Assembly: GCA_017466525.1 (NCBI GenBank)
Contig: JAFTTY010000035.1
Coordinates: 13,039-77,038 of the forward strand
Source: Alphaproteobacteria bacterium
GTDB taxonomy: Bacteria; Pseudomonadota; Alphaproteobacteria; Rs-D84
Reading direction: 5' to 3'
DNA length: 64,000 bases
The position numbers and the translations under genes are program-made. Under the pieces are notes generated by a model. It had not been told where the DNA came from. It was given only the letters and a program-made list of their open reading frames with translations, and made no database searches. This document shows positions 1 to 10,050 of this stretch, in pieces; positions within the stretch are counted from its first letter, which is position 1, and each line of letters begins with the position of its first letter.

Positions 1-453
1 ACAGAATACGAACATCGTATAAAAGACGGTGATGAATTTACGGTTCCAGAAAACTTGTTTAATCGTATTGACGATGACAAGATTGCACAAATGACAGAAA
101 AATATACCGTGAAAAAAGAAGACACAACACCAAAACCCGTTGTTGCAGAAATTGTAAGTGTTGAAAATCACCCTACGCGTGAAAACTTGCATGTTTTATC
201 TGTGAACGCGGGTGGTGACGAAAATATTCAAATTGTATGCGGTGCACCAAATGTACGCGTTGGTTTGCGTGGTGTTTTGGCACCGGTTGGTTCAAAATTA
301 CCCGGCATGAAAAAACCAATGGCACAACGCACTGTTGCCGGTGTTGAATCATTTGGTATGATGTGCAGTGCATTGGAACTGGGCGTTGGTGATGACGGTG
401 ATAATATCATTGAACTGGGGTCTGACGTCGAAATCGGTTCGGAATATAAATAA
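1..453 (+). CDS. metG: Methionyl-tRNA synthetase, C-terminal fragment with appended tRNA-binding (Trbp111/PheT-B2-like) domain; 5' end lies outside the window
   Basis: Frame 1 is open from nt 1. ...VPENLFNRID... is typical of the end of the MetRS anticodon-binding domain. It is followed by IVCGAPNVRVG...VESFGMMCSALELG, a tRNA-binding OB-fold signature. Confidence 0.6.
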   Translation, partial: TEYEHRIKDGDEFTVPENLFNRIDDDKIAQMTEKYTVKKEDTTPKPVVAEIVSVENHPTRENLHVLSVNAGGDENIQIVCGAPNVRVGLRGVLAPVGSKLPGMKKPMAQRTVAGVESFGMMCSALELGVGDDGDNIIELGSDVEIGSEYK

Positions 454-454
454 T

Positions 455-994
455 ATGTCGGGATTGCGTGTTGTTTTGTTGTCGTGCTGTGCACCATGTT
501 CGGCGGGTGCAATTAAGCAGTTGGCAGACCGCGCAATCCCAGACGTATCTGACTTTATCGTTCTATTTTATAATCCAAATATTTTCCCAGAATCAGAATA
601 TACCAAGCGTATGCGCGAACAGATTAAATATTGTGAAAGTATTGGTGCAAAATATGCGGTTTTGGAATATGACCATGATGCGTGGCGTGACGCCGTACGC
701 GGTCTGGAAATGGAACCAGAACGTGGTGCGCGTTGTTCGGTTTGTTTTGAATATCGGTTTCGCCGTGCGGTAAAATTTGCACGTGAAAACGGATATAACG
801 CAATTGCAAGTGTCCTGGGTGTATCGCGTCACAAAGACCAAAGTCAGGTTGACGTCGCCGCCCAAACGGAATGTTCTGATATTCAATATTTGCCAATAAA
901 GTGGGACGAAGGTTTACGTGTACAAATTAATCGTGAATCTGATTTTTATCGTCAGAATTATTGCGGTTGCGAATTTAGTATTCGCAAAGTATAA
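455..994 (+). CDS. queH: Epoxyqueuosine reductase QueH (DUF208)
   Basis: LLSCCAPCS near the N-terminus, RCSVCF, and a C-terminal YRQNYCGCEFS motif. The ATG at 455 directly follows the metG stop; the longer ORF from 368 overlaps metG. Confidence 0.8.
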   Translation: MSGLRVVLLSCCAPCSAGAIKQLADRAIPDVSDFIVLFYNPNIFPESEYTKRMREQIKYCESIGAKYAVLEYDHDAWRDAVRGLEMEPERGARCSVCFEYRFRRAVKFARENGYNAIASVLGVSRHKDQSQVDVAAQTECSDIQYLPIKWDEGLRVQINRESDFYRQNYCGCEFSIRKV

Positions 995-1023
995 TCTGAA
1001 TTGAATTTAACAAAAGGTTATAT

Positions 1024-1899
1024 ATGTCATCAATATTTGTTTTCCCGGGCCAAGGTGCACAATCTGTCGGCATGGGACGTGAACTGTATGAAAACAATGC
1101 TGCGGCACGTGCGGTGTTTGACGAAGTTGACGCGGCGTTGGGCGAAAAATTATCAGATATTATTTTTAATGGTCCGATGGATGAATTAACCCTGACTGCA
1201 AATGTTCAGCCGGCAATTATGGCAACGTCGATTGCAATGTTGCGTGCATCTGGTGCGTCAATTCCAGAATATGTTGCGGGACATTCATTGGGTGAATATA
1301 CGGCATTATGTGCGGCCGGCGCATTAAGTGTTGGTGATACTGCAAAATTGTTGCGTGCACGTGGCAATGCAATGCAGACGGCTGTTCCGGTGGGTCATGG
1401 TTTAACTGCGGTTGTTTTGGGTTTGGATATTGATGTATTGCGTGAAATATGCGCCAAAACAGACTGTGATGTTGCGAACGACAATTCCCCGGGCCAGGTT
1501 GTGATTTCTGGCGCCAAGGATGTCGTAGAACAAACAATGGTTGCGGCCAAGGATGCAGGCGCAAAACGTGCAATGCCATTGGCGTTATCTGTACCTGTTC
1601 ATTGCCGGATTCAGCAGCCTGCGGCCGACGCAATGCGCGCAGCGTTGGAAAGCGTAAAAATGGTTGCACCATCTGTACCATTAATTTCAAACAAGACATG
1701 CACGCCTTTGACAGATGTAAACGAAATCAAAGACGCGCTTGTTTATCAAATGACCCATGGTGTGCGCTGGCGCGAAAGTGTGTTGGAAATGGCGAATATT
1801 GGTATCACAGATATGATAGAGGTTGGACCAGGTTCTGTCTTAACAGGTCTGTGTTCACGCATTACAGATAAAATTAACGCAAAGAAGATGGAGATATAG
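1024..1899 (+). CDS. fabD: Malonyl-CoA:ACP transacylase
   Basis: FPGQGAQ start and GHSLGEY active-site motif; the length of 291 aa is typical. Confidence 0.95.
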   Translation: MSSIFVFPGQGAQSVGMGRELYENNAAARAVFDEVDAALGEKLSDIIFNGPMDELTLTANVQPAIMATSIAMLRASGASIPEYVAGHSLGEYTALCAAGALSVGDTAKLLRARGNAMQTAVPVGHGLTAVVLGLDIDVLREICAKTDCDVANDNSPGQVVISGAKDVVEQTMVAAKDAGAKRAMPLALSVPVHCRIQQPAADAMRAALESVKMVAPSVPLISNKTCTPLTDVNEIKDALVYQMTHGVRWRESVLEMANIGITDMIEVGPGSVLTGLCSRITDKINAKKMEI

Positions 1900-1901
1900 T
1901 T

Positions 1902-2630
1902 ATGTTTGATTTAACAGGACGTGTTGCATTAATCACAGGTGCCACAGGTGGTATTGGTGTCGCAATTGCAAAAAAGATGAAGGCCGCCGGCGCCACGGTT
2001 GTTGTATCTGGTCGTAATGTTGCAAAAATGGATGCAGAATTTGGTGATGATTATATCAAGATTCCATGTGATCTGGCATCAGATGGTGGTGCGATTGAAT
2101 TAATCATGGATACAATTGACAAGGCTGGCAAGATTGATATCTTAATCAACAACGCCGGTATTACCAAGGATACATTGTTAATGCGTATGACAGACGAACA
2201 ATTTGATGATGTTATAAACACAAACCTGCGTTCTTGCTTTAAGATGTGTCGTGCGGTAATTATGCCAATGATGAAAAATCGCTATGGCCGTATTATAAAC
2301 ATGGCGTCCATTATTGGTACAATTGGTGGTCCGGGCCAGGCAAACTATGCGGCAAGTAAAGGTGGCATGATTGCAATGACAAAATCCATCGCAGCCGAGG
2401 TTGCATCCCGTGGCATCACTGCAAATGCAATTGCGCCGGGCTTTATCAAAACCCCAATGACTGACGTTTTGTCCGAAGAATTGAAAAAGACATACCTGTC
2501 ACAAATCCCAGCGGGTCGTTTTGGTGAACCAGAAGATATTGCGAATGCATGTGTATTCTTGGCCAGTGAAGAGGCATCATACATCAACGGTCAAACATTG
2601 CATGTAAACGGCGGTATGGGACGTTTTTAA
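1902..2630 (+). CDS. fabG: 3-oxoacyl-ACP reductase (SDR)
   Basis: TGATGGIG Rossmann motif, NNAG, and YAASK catalytic motif. It lies immediately downstream of fabD. Confidence 0.93.
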   Translation: MFDLTGRVALITGATGGIGVAIAKKMKAAGATVVVSGRNVAKMDAEFGDDYIKIPCDLASDGGAIELIMDTIDKAGKIDILINNAGITKDTLLMRMTDEQFDDVINTNLRSCFKMCRAVIMPMMKNRYGRIINMASIIGTIGGPGQANYAASKGGMIAMTKSIAAEVASRGITANAIAPGFIKTPMTDVLSEELKKTYLSQIPAGRFGEPEDIANACVFLASEEASYINGQTLHVNGGMGRF

Positions 2631-4273
2631 TGAAAAAATATGATGTAATTGTTATTGGTGGTGGTCATGCAGGTGTCGAAGCGGCATCTGCGTCTGCGCG
2701 TCGTGGTGCAAAAACATTACTGTTAACCCAGGCAAAATCTGACCTGGGGGCGTTGTCGTGTAACCCCAGTATTGGTGGACCTGGTAAATCCCAAATGGTC
2801 GCCGAAATGGACGCATTGGGTGGCGTTATGCCACGCGCCGCAGATCGGGCGGGAATTCATTGGCGCACATTAAACGCGTCGCATGGTGCCGCAACCCAGG
2901 CATTGCGCGCCCAGATTGATCGTGAACTGTATCACAATGCAATTGTTGATATTTTATCGGGCGACAAAAATTTAACGGTAAAATACGAACCTGTTTTTGA
3001 TTTAGACATTAAAAACAAGACGGTTAATAAAGAATATTCTGCCACTGCAATTGTTTTAACAACGGGCACATTCTTGGGTGGTTTGGTGACGCGTGGTGAT
3101 GAAAAAATCCCATCTGGACGTTTGCAAGATGATGGAACATATCAATCGCCTGATACGCATATTTCCGGCGTATTGCGCGATTCTGGATTTAAATTATTGC
3201 GCCTTAAAACAGGAACGCCTGCGCGTATCAAGAAAGATTCGATCGATTTTTCCGTGTGTGAGGTTCAGCCCGGTGACATCCCACACGATTGGTTCAGTGA
3301 TGGTGATGAAACTAATAATTATGACAGTGTGTGCTATATAACCCACACAACGGAACATACGCATGATATTATTCGTGAAAATATAACAAATGCCCCGATG
3401 TATAATGGCGACATTCGTGGTACTGGTCCACGTTATTGTCCGAGTTTAGAAGACAAGGTTATGCGTTTCCCAGACCATAAAACCCACCATGTTTTCTTAG
3501 AGCCTGAGGGTTGGAACAGTGACCTGATATATCCAAATGGCATATCAACCAGTTTTGGCAGTGATGTCCAAGACAAATGGATTCGCACAATTCCAGGTTT
3601 GGAAAATGCAGAAATTGTCCGCTATGGTTACGCAATTGAATACGATGCAATTGATGCACGCGCCTTGAATGATAAATTACAGGCCAGGGATGTTCCGCAT
3701 ATGTTTTTCGCAGGACAAATCAATGGTACATCTGGATACGAAGAAGCCGCCGCCCAGGGCTTAATTGCGGGCGCAAACGCTGCTGCATATGCATTGGGTG
3801 CGGATTCGCTGGAAATCGACAGAACAAATTCAATGATTGGTGTATTGATTAATGACATAACAACATTGGGTGTGGATGAACCGTATCGCATGTTTACATC
3901 GCGTTCTGAATATCGCCTGTCTTTGCGTTCTGATAATGCAATCGCACGTTTGGGGCCAATTGGTGTAAAACTGGGGTTAATCAGTGACGAAAAATATAAC
4001 GAAAAGTTGTCACGTAAATCGGAAATAATTGCCCAAAATGATAAGTTCTATGCCGGCTATATCGCGCGCAACGAACGTGAAATTGCGGCGTACAAACGTG
4101 ATGCAATGTTGAAAATTCCGATTGATTTTAAGTATGATGCCCTGCCCGGCTTAACAAACGAATTAATTGAAAAATTAAACGCCACGCGTCCAGAAAATAT
4201 TGCCGCCCTGTCACGTATACCGGGTATGACCCCGGCGGGAATAATGGTTGTTTTACGACGTGTGAAAAATTAA
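2630..4273 (+). CDS. mnmG: tRNA uridine-5-carboxymethylaminomethyl modification enzyme MnmG (GidA), short form of 547 aa
   Basis: YDVIVIGGGHAGVEAA FAD motif, FFAGQINGTSGYEEAAAQGL, and C-terminal SRIPGMTPAG. The start overlaps the fabG stop (TAATG). Confidence 0.92.
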   Translation: MKKYDVIVIGGGHAGVEAASASARRGAKTLLLTQAKSDLGALSCNPSIGGPGKSQMVAEMDALGGVMPRAADRAGIHWRTLNASHGAATQALRAQIDRELYHNAIVDILSGDKNLTVKYEPVFDLDIKNKTVNKEYSATAIVLTTGTFLGGLVTRGDEKIPSGRLQDDGTYQSPDTHISGVLRDSGFKLLRLKTGTPARIKKDSIDFSVCEVQPGDIPHDWFSDGDETNNYDSVCYITHTTEHTHDIIRENITNAPMYNGDIRGTGPRYCPSLEDKVMRFPDHKTHHVFLEPEGWNSDLIYPNGISTSFGSDVQDKWIRTIPGLENAEIVRYGYAIEYDAIDARALNDKLQARDVPHMFFAGQINGTSGYEEAAAQGLIAGANAAAYALGADSLEIDRTNSMIGVLINDITTLGVDEPYRMFTSRSEYRLSLRSDNAIARLGPIGVKLGLISDEKYNEKLSRKSEIIAQNDKFYAGYIARNEREIAAYKRDAMLKIPIDFKYDALPGLTNELIEKLNATRPENIAALSRIPGMTPAGIMVVLRRVKN

Positions 4274-4274
4274 T

Positions 4275-4304
4275 AAAAACGCCGGCATTTGCCGGCATTT
4301 TTTT
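4275..4304. terminator. Bidirectional intrinsic terminator between convergent mnmG and fabZ
   Basis: A-run, hairpin GCCGGCATTTGCCGGC (4281-4296), then T-run. Confidence 0.8.
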
Positions 4305-4746
4305 ATTCTTTAATTGCCTTTTGCAAGACTGCGGTAAATGTTGCCTCTGCTACCTTTTTTCCGCCAACCATTGCCAACCCATGGAATTTATACAATTTCA
4401 TTTTAGTCATCAATAATTCGACGTGTAATTCTAATTTGTCGCCTGGGCGTACCATATGTGAAAACTTAATTTTTTCCATGGTTGTAAAATAACCCAACAT
4501 GTCTTTGCGTTCTTCGTCAGTCATGCGACTGAATGCGACAAAACACGCTGTTTGTGCCAATGCTTCGACTTGCAATACACCCGGCATAATTGGGTCGCCT
4601 GGGAAGTGTCCCGGGCACCAGAATTCATCGTCACGAACATATTTTATACCAACTGCGCTGGTGTCATTATATTCGCGAATTTCATCAACCAGGCGCATAT
4701 CACCACGATGTGGAATTATTTTTTCAATTTCTTTTGCGTCAATCAT
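4303..4746 (-). CDS. fabZ: 3-hydroxyacyl-ACP dehydratase
   Basis: HRGDMRLVD and HFPGDPIMPGVLQVEALAQ hot-dog fold motifs; 147 aa. Confidence 0.95.
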   Translation of the reverse strand: MIDAKEIEKIIPHRGDMRLVDEIREYNDTSAVGIKYVRDDEFWCPGHFPGDPIMPGVLQVEALAQTACFVAFSRMTDEERKDMLGYFTTMEKIKFSHMVRPGDKLELHVELLMTKMKLYKFHGLAMVGGKKVAEATFTAVLQKAIKE

Positions 4747-4761
4747 GTCTTTCCTTCTCTT

Positions 4762-5814
4762 TTATTTTTTATCGTTTTTCATTTGTTTTTTTAACCATGC
4801 ATAATGACGCATAAATTCTGTTCCTGGCCCCGCCGGATATCCCATGTGTGATTCCCCATCTGGAATATTGCGGAATACCCCACTGTTTGCACCAACGGAC
4901 GCATCGTTTCCAATGTGTACACCGTTTGCAACACCAACATGCCCACCCAGCAACGCACGGTCACCAACCACAACACCGCCCGCCAGGCCAACACCACTGG
5001 CCAAGAAACATTCAGAACCAATAACAACGCCATGTGCAATTTGACACAGGTTGTCAATTTTTGTGCCATCACCCACGCGCGTATCTGTCATCGCGCCACG
5101 GTCAATGCATGTATTTGCCCCAACAGATACCCGTTCGCCCAAAACAACACGGCCAACGTGTGGGATAAATATGTTTTTGCCATTTTGACGGGTATATCCA
5201 AACCCGTCTTTACCAATCACAGCCCCAGAATTTATTACACTATCTGCGCCAATTGTTGCGTTTTCAATATGCGCCCCAGATTGTATAATTGTATTGCGTC
5301 CGATAACAACGTTTCGACCAATATACGCATATGGGTATATCTTTGCACCCGGTTCGATTACCGCCCCGCGTTCAATTGTTGCAAATTGTCCGACATAGTT
5401 TGTGCGTCTTTTGCGAAAGAACACACCCCGGTCAATATGTGCGTTCTTGCTGATACCAAAACGTGGTTTTTCTTTATAAATTTCACCCAATATTTTTACA
5501 ATATTTCCACGTGGACTGTCTGTGATTAACAGCGTCGCCCCCTTTGGTGCATGTTTTGCCTGTTCTGGCTGAACCAGTATCACAGTTGCACGTGTTTTTT
5601 GTAAAACCTCTATCGGTAGAATTTTAAAGGCATTACTATTTTGTTCTGTGGAATAGAACGCCAATTGTCCGGCGCGTGCATCTGCGATTGGTGCGACACC
5701 ACGCACAGGTTCATTTGCGTTTCCACGTAATTCCAAGCCAAATTTTTTGGCCAATTCGCCCGCGGTCGTCTTGCTTGCGCTGGGCATAAACAAAGATTTA
5801 ATTATTTTCATCAT
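4762..5814 (-). CDS. lpxD: UDP-3-O-acylglucosamine N-acyltransferase
   Basis: Left-handed beta-helix hexapeptide repeats, QIAHGVVIG, and position upstream of fabZ. The ORF is open to 5910, but MMKIIKSL at 5814 fits the usual LpxD N-terminus. Confidence 0.88.
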   Translation of the reverse strand: MMKIIKSLFMPSASKTTAGELAKKFGLELRGNANEPVRGVAPIADARAGQLAFYSTEQNSNAFKILPIEVLQKTRATVILVQPEQAKHAPKGATLLITDSPRGNIVKILGEIYKEKPRFGISKNAHIDRGVFFRKRRTNYVGQFATIERGAVIEPGAKIYPYAYIGRNVVIGRNTIIQSGAHIENATIGADSVINSGAVIGKDGFGYTRQNGKNIFIPHVGRVVLGERVSVGANTCIDRGAMTDTRVGDGTKIDNLCQIAHGVVIGSECFLASGVGLAGGVVVGDRALLGGHVGVANGVHIGNDASVGANSGVFRNIPDGESHMGYPAGPGTEFMRHYAWLKKQMKNDKK

Positions 5815-6001
5815 AGTGACACGATTATAGACCATAAAACCCACCTTTTCCACATTTTTGTTAACATGCAGATTTTTCTTGCGTTTTAATATTTCGTCTA
5901 TATAATACACAGTGTTCTTAAATAATTTTTTTAAGGGCGGGGTTCGGGAAAGAATCCCGCTCTTTCAATAAGACATAAAATAAACGCGAAGGAGTATATA
6001 A

Positions 6002-7540
6002 ATGTCTTTTGTATCTATGCCTCGTCAAGATTTGCTGTTGGCCATTGATTCTTTGGCCCAGGAAAAGCAGATTGACCGTGAAATCGTTATTGAATCACTA
6101 GAAGCGGCGATTGCCAAAATTGCAAAACATAAATATGGCGAAGAATTTAATATCACTGCCAGTATTGACCGCAAGAATGGCGCGATTTATGTAAAACGCT
6201 TGTTTGATGTTATTGAATCACCTGAATCTGTTGGCGAAGAATACGATGCAAATACAATGTTAACTGTCGCCCAGGCAAAGAAATATGCAAAAAGCCCGGT
6301 TGTTGGTGACGTGGTCGAAGATGCCCTGCCAGAACCAGAATTTGGCCGTATGGCATTCCAAACCGCGAAACAAATCATGACTGCACGCGTACGTGACGCT
6401 GAAAAAGGTCGTCAGTACGAAGACTTCAAAGATAACATCGGCGATATCGTCAGTGGCGTTGTTAAACGTATTGAATTCGGCAACGTTTTTGTCGACATTA
6501 ATGGCAAGGCCGAAGGTTACATCAAGGGCACAGAATTAATCCCTGGTGAACGCTTGACGGTTGGTGACCGTGTTCGTGCAGTGATTATGGATGTTGCACG
6601 TTCTAATACAGGTCCTCAGATTTTCTTGACGCGTACACACCCAATGTTCATGGAAAAATTATTCGTTCAAGAAGTACCAGAAATCTACGAAGGTTTGATT
6701 AAAATCAAATCTGTTGCACGTGCACCTGGCTCACACGCAAAAATCGCAGTTGAAACATCTGATCCATCAATTGATGCGGTTGGTATGACTGTTGGTATCA
6801 AGGGTACACGTATTCAGCCGGTTATTAACGAATGTCATGGCGAAAAAATTGACGTTATCTTGTATTCCGAAGACCCTGCTGTATTTATCGTTAATGCAAT
6901 GCAACCGGCCAAGGTCGCAAAAATCATCGTTGACGAAGATACACGCAGCGCAGCGGTCGTTGTAAACGAAGATCAGCAGTCTTTGGCAATTGGCCGTCGT
7001 GGTCAGAATGTTCGCCTGGCGTCACAATTAACAGGCTGGAATATCGACGTTATGAACGAGGCCGAAGAACAAGAACGTCGCGCCAAAGAATTTAAAGAAA
7101 AGACAGAATTATTTATTGGCGGTCTGGATGTTGATGAAATGATTGCACAATTACTGATTACCGAAGGTTTCCGTACAATCGAAGAAATCGCATTTGTTGA
7201 CATTTCTGAACTGGAAAGCATCGAAGGCTTTAACGCGGAATTGGCATCAGAATTACAGAAACGTGCAAAAGATTATTTAAATAAAGTCGAACAAGACTAT
7301 CTGGACAACGGTCACAAATTGGGCATGTCTGATGACTTGTTAACATTTGACTTTATTAAACGTCCGACAATCATGAAATTGGGCGAAGCAGGAATCAAAT
7401 CGCTGGAAGATTTGGCTGATTTATCAACAGATGAATTGGTTGAAATCTTGGGCGAAGACACAATGAGTAATCGTTTGGCAGGTCGTGTAATTATGAAAGC
7501 ACGCGAAGTCGCATACGACATAAAACAAGACGAAGAGTAA
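6002..7540 (+). CDS. nusA: Transcription termination/antitermination factor NusA
   Basis: S1 and KH domains (GRRGQNVRLASQLTGW) and C-terminal HhH repeats; followed by infB. Confidence 0.97.
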   Translation: MSFVSMPRQDLLLAIDSLAQEKQIDREIVIESLEAAIAKIAKHKYGEEFNITASIDRKNGAIYVKRLFDVIESPESVGEEYDANTMLTVAQAKKYAKSPVVGDVVEDALPEPEFGRMAFQTAKQIMTARVRDAEKGRQYEDFKDNIGDIVSGVVKRIEFGNVFVDINGKAEGYIKGTELIPGERLTVGDRVRAVIMDVARSNTGPQIFLTRTHPMFMEKLFVQEVPEIYEGLIKIKSVARAPGSHAKIAVETSDPSIDAVGMTVGIKGTRIQPVINECHGEKIDVILYSEDPAVFIVNAMQPAKVAKIIVDEDTRSAAVVVNEDQQSLAIGRRGQNVRLASQLTGWNIDVMNEAEEQERRAKEFKEKTELFIGGLDVDEMIAQLLITEGFRTIEEIAFVDISELESIEGFNAELASELQKRAKDYLNKVEQDYLDNGHKLGMSDDLLTFDFIKRPTIMKLGEAGIKSLEDLADLSTDELVEILGEDTMSNRLAGRVIMKAREVAYDIKQDEE

Positions 7541-7601
7541 AAAAACGGGGTGCAATGGTTAATCCACCGCACCTTGAAAATTATTAACGGAGTGAATCTA
7601 T

Positions 7602-10019
7602 ATGGCAACATTGACACTTGGAAAATCTGTGACAACTGACGCAGTGCGCAGTAAAAAGGGCGACGCAGTATTTGTTGAACGTCGTCGTCGCGTAATTGCC
7701 CCAGGCAGCAAAGAATTGCGCGATGAACCGGCAACGCCGGCCACACCACGTAATGCAACAGATGAAAAGTTGCGTGCAGTATTGGCCGCCGCCAAGGCGC
7801 GTGAAGAAGAACGTAAAAAGCGCGAAGCCGAAGAAGAAGCCGCACGCAAAGCGCGCGAGGCAGAAATCGAGCGTGAAAATCGTGAATACGAACGCGTCAA
7901 AGAACAACTGAATGCGCGCGAAAACACTGTTGCTGAAAATACTGTTGACGTTGTAGAAGAAGCGCCATCTGCGCCACGTGCACAAAAACCTGCACCTGCG
8001 CCAAAGGTGTTTACGAATAATGCCGCGCCATCACAGAATAACCGCAAGAATCGCGGTAATGATGACGAAGATTCACGTCCATCAAAATTTGCAAATTCAA
8101 AGAAAGATTTCAAAAAATCTGGCAAAATTCACCTGAATGACATTGTTATGGGTGGTGGCGACGACGATGATGAAATCGGCATTCGCGGTGCAAACCGTCG
8201 CCGTTCCGAAGCGTCCTTGAAACGATTCCGTGAAAAGGCGCGCGCAATGTTCACTGTTCCGCAAAAGGTTGAACATGTTGTAACATTGGGTGATACAATC
8301 ACCGTCAAAGATTTGGCGGCCGCCATGGCTGAAAAGGTTGGCAATGTTATTAAAAAATTGATGGAAATGGGTATGATGGTATCTGTAAACCAATCCATCG
8401 ATGCAGATACTGCTGAATTGATTGCCAGTGAATTTGGCGCAACGGTAAAGCGCGTAGATGTAAAACCATATGCAGAAATCCTTGAACGTGAACCAAACCC
8501 AGAAAAATTGGCGCCCCGCGCACCTGTTGTGACGGTTGTGGGTCACGTTGACCACTGTAAGACATCGTTGCTGGACGCGTTCCGCAATGCGAATGTTGCC
8601 GCCGGCGAAGCGGGCGGTATCACCCAGCATGTTTCTTCGTACGAGGTAAAAACAAAATCCGGTCCAATGATTACATTCTTGGATACCCCAGGTCACGAAA
8701 CATTTACAGCCATGCGTGCACGTGGTGCCCAGATGGCAGACATCGTTGTTTTGGTGGTTGCAGCAAACGATTCTATCATGCCACAAACGATAGAGGCGAT
8801 TAACCACATCCGTGCGGCCAAGGTTCCATTTATCGTTGCGATTAATAAAATCGATTTACCAGAAGCAAATCCAACACGCGTTAAAACAGACCTGTTGCAG
8901 CAAGAAGTTCAAGTCGAAGAAATGGGTGGTGATGTTCAATGTGTTGAAATTTCTGCAACGAAAAAAATAGGTCTGGATAAACTAGAAGAAGCGATTTTAT
9001 TACAGGCAGAAATGATGGATTTAAAGGCAGACCCAGAAATGCCAGCCGTCGCCTATGTTGTCGAAGCAAAACAAGAAAAAGGTTTGGGTGCCGTTGCAAC
9101 TGTTTTGATGCGCCAAGGTACCTTGAAAATTGGTGATGTTTTTGTTGTCGGCGAAACATTTGGACGTGTTCGTGGTTTGATTAATTCTGCTGGTGAACGT
9201 GTAAAGTCTGTAAAACCTGGTCAACCTGTTGTTGTGTTGGGATTGAACACCGTCCCAGGTGCTGGTGACGAATTACGCGTTATGGAATCTGAGGCGCAAA
9301 CCCGTGAAGTCGCTGCATACCGCGCACAAAAGGCCAAGGACAAGGCAAATGCAGTTAAACGTTCGTCATTGGAAGAACTGTTTGCAAAACGTGATGATAA
9401 CAAGAAATTAATCTTGCCGATTATCCTGCGTGCAGACGTTCAAGGTTCGGTAGAGGCAATTTCAGACATGGTCAAAGAAATCAATACAGACAAAGTTGGT
9501 GTTGAAATCTTGTCATCTGGCGTTGGTCAAATTACCGAAGGCGACATTCGTCTGGCAACGGCATCTGGTGCTGTTATCGTTGCGTTTAATGTTCGTGCAG
9601 ATTCTGTCGTTCGTGACATGGCGCGCAGCAATGGCGTTGACATCCGTTATCACAGTGTTGTTTACCGTATTACAGACGAAATCAAAGAAATCTTGTCTGG
9701 TAAATTGGCGCCTGAAAAACGTGAAACCTTTATCGGTTACGCAGATGTTATTGCGTTATTTACCGTTGGCAAAGGTATACGCGTTGCCGGTTGTCGCATG
9801 ACCGAAGGTACGGTCAAGAAAGATGCATTTGTTCGCCTGTTGCGTAACAATGTTGTTATCTATGATGGTAAAATTGGTCAGTTGCGTCGTGAAAAGAACG
9901 AAGTAAAAGAAGTATCTGGTGGCGTTGAATTCGGCATGTCTTGTGATAAGTATAATGACTTAAAAGAAGGCGACCGTGTCGAATGTTACGAGGTAGAAGA
10001 AGTTCGTGCACAATTGTAA
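7602..10019 (+). CDS. infB: Translation initiation factor IF-2
   Basis: Charged E/K/R-rich N-terminus. G-domain motifs are GHVDHCKT (note the Cys), DTPGHETF and NKIDL. The C-terminal beta-barrel domains are conserved. Confidence 0.97.
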   Translation: MATLTLGKSVTTDAVRSKKGDAVFVERRRRVIAPGSKELRDEPATPATPRNATDEKLRAVLAAAKAREEERKKREAEEEAARKAREAEIERENREYERVKEQLNARENTVAENTVDVVEEAPSAPRAQKPAPAPKVFTNNAAPSQNNRKNRGNDDEDSRPSKFANSKKDFKKSGKIHLNDIVMGGGDDDDEIGIRGANRRRSEASLKRFREKARAMFTVPQKVEHVVTLGDTITVKDLAAAMAEKVGNVIKKLMEMGMMVSVNQSIDADTAELIASEFGATVKRVDVKPYAEILEREPNPEKLAPRAPVVTVVGHVDHCKTSLLDAFRNANVAAGEAGGITQHVSSYEVKTKSGPMITFLDTPGHETFTAMRARGAQMADIVVLVVAANDSIMPQTIEAINHIRAAKVPFIVAINKIDLPEANPTRVKTDLLQQEVQVEEMGGDVQCVEISATKKIGLDKLEEAILLQAEMMDLKADPEMPAVAYVVEAKQEKGLGAVATVLMRQGTLKIGDVFVVGETFGRVRGLINSAGERVKSVKPGQPVVVLGLNTVPGAGDELRVMESEAQTREVAAYRAQKAKDKANAVKRSSLEELFAKRDDNKKLILPIILRADVQGSVEAISDMVKEINTDKVGVEILSSGVGQITEGDIRLATASGAVIVAFNVRADSVVRDMARSNGVDIRYHSVVYRITDEIKEILSGKLAPEKRETFIGYADVIALFTVGKGIRVAGCRMTEGTVKKDAFVRLLRNNVVIYDGKIGQLRREKNEVKEVSGGVEFGMSCDKYNDLKEGDRVECYEVEEVRAQL

Positions 10020-10020
10020 T

Positions 10021-10050
10021 AAAAAACACCGGCATTTGCCGGTGTTTTTT
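10021..10050. terminator. Bidirectional intrinsic terminator between convergent infB and the ABC permease
   Basis: AAAAAA, hairpin CACCGGCATTTGCCGGTG (10027-10044), then TTTTTT. Confidence 0.85.
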
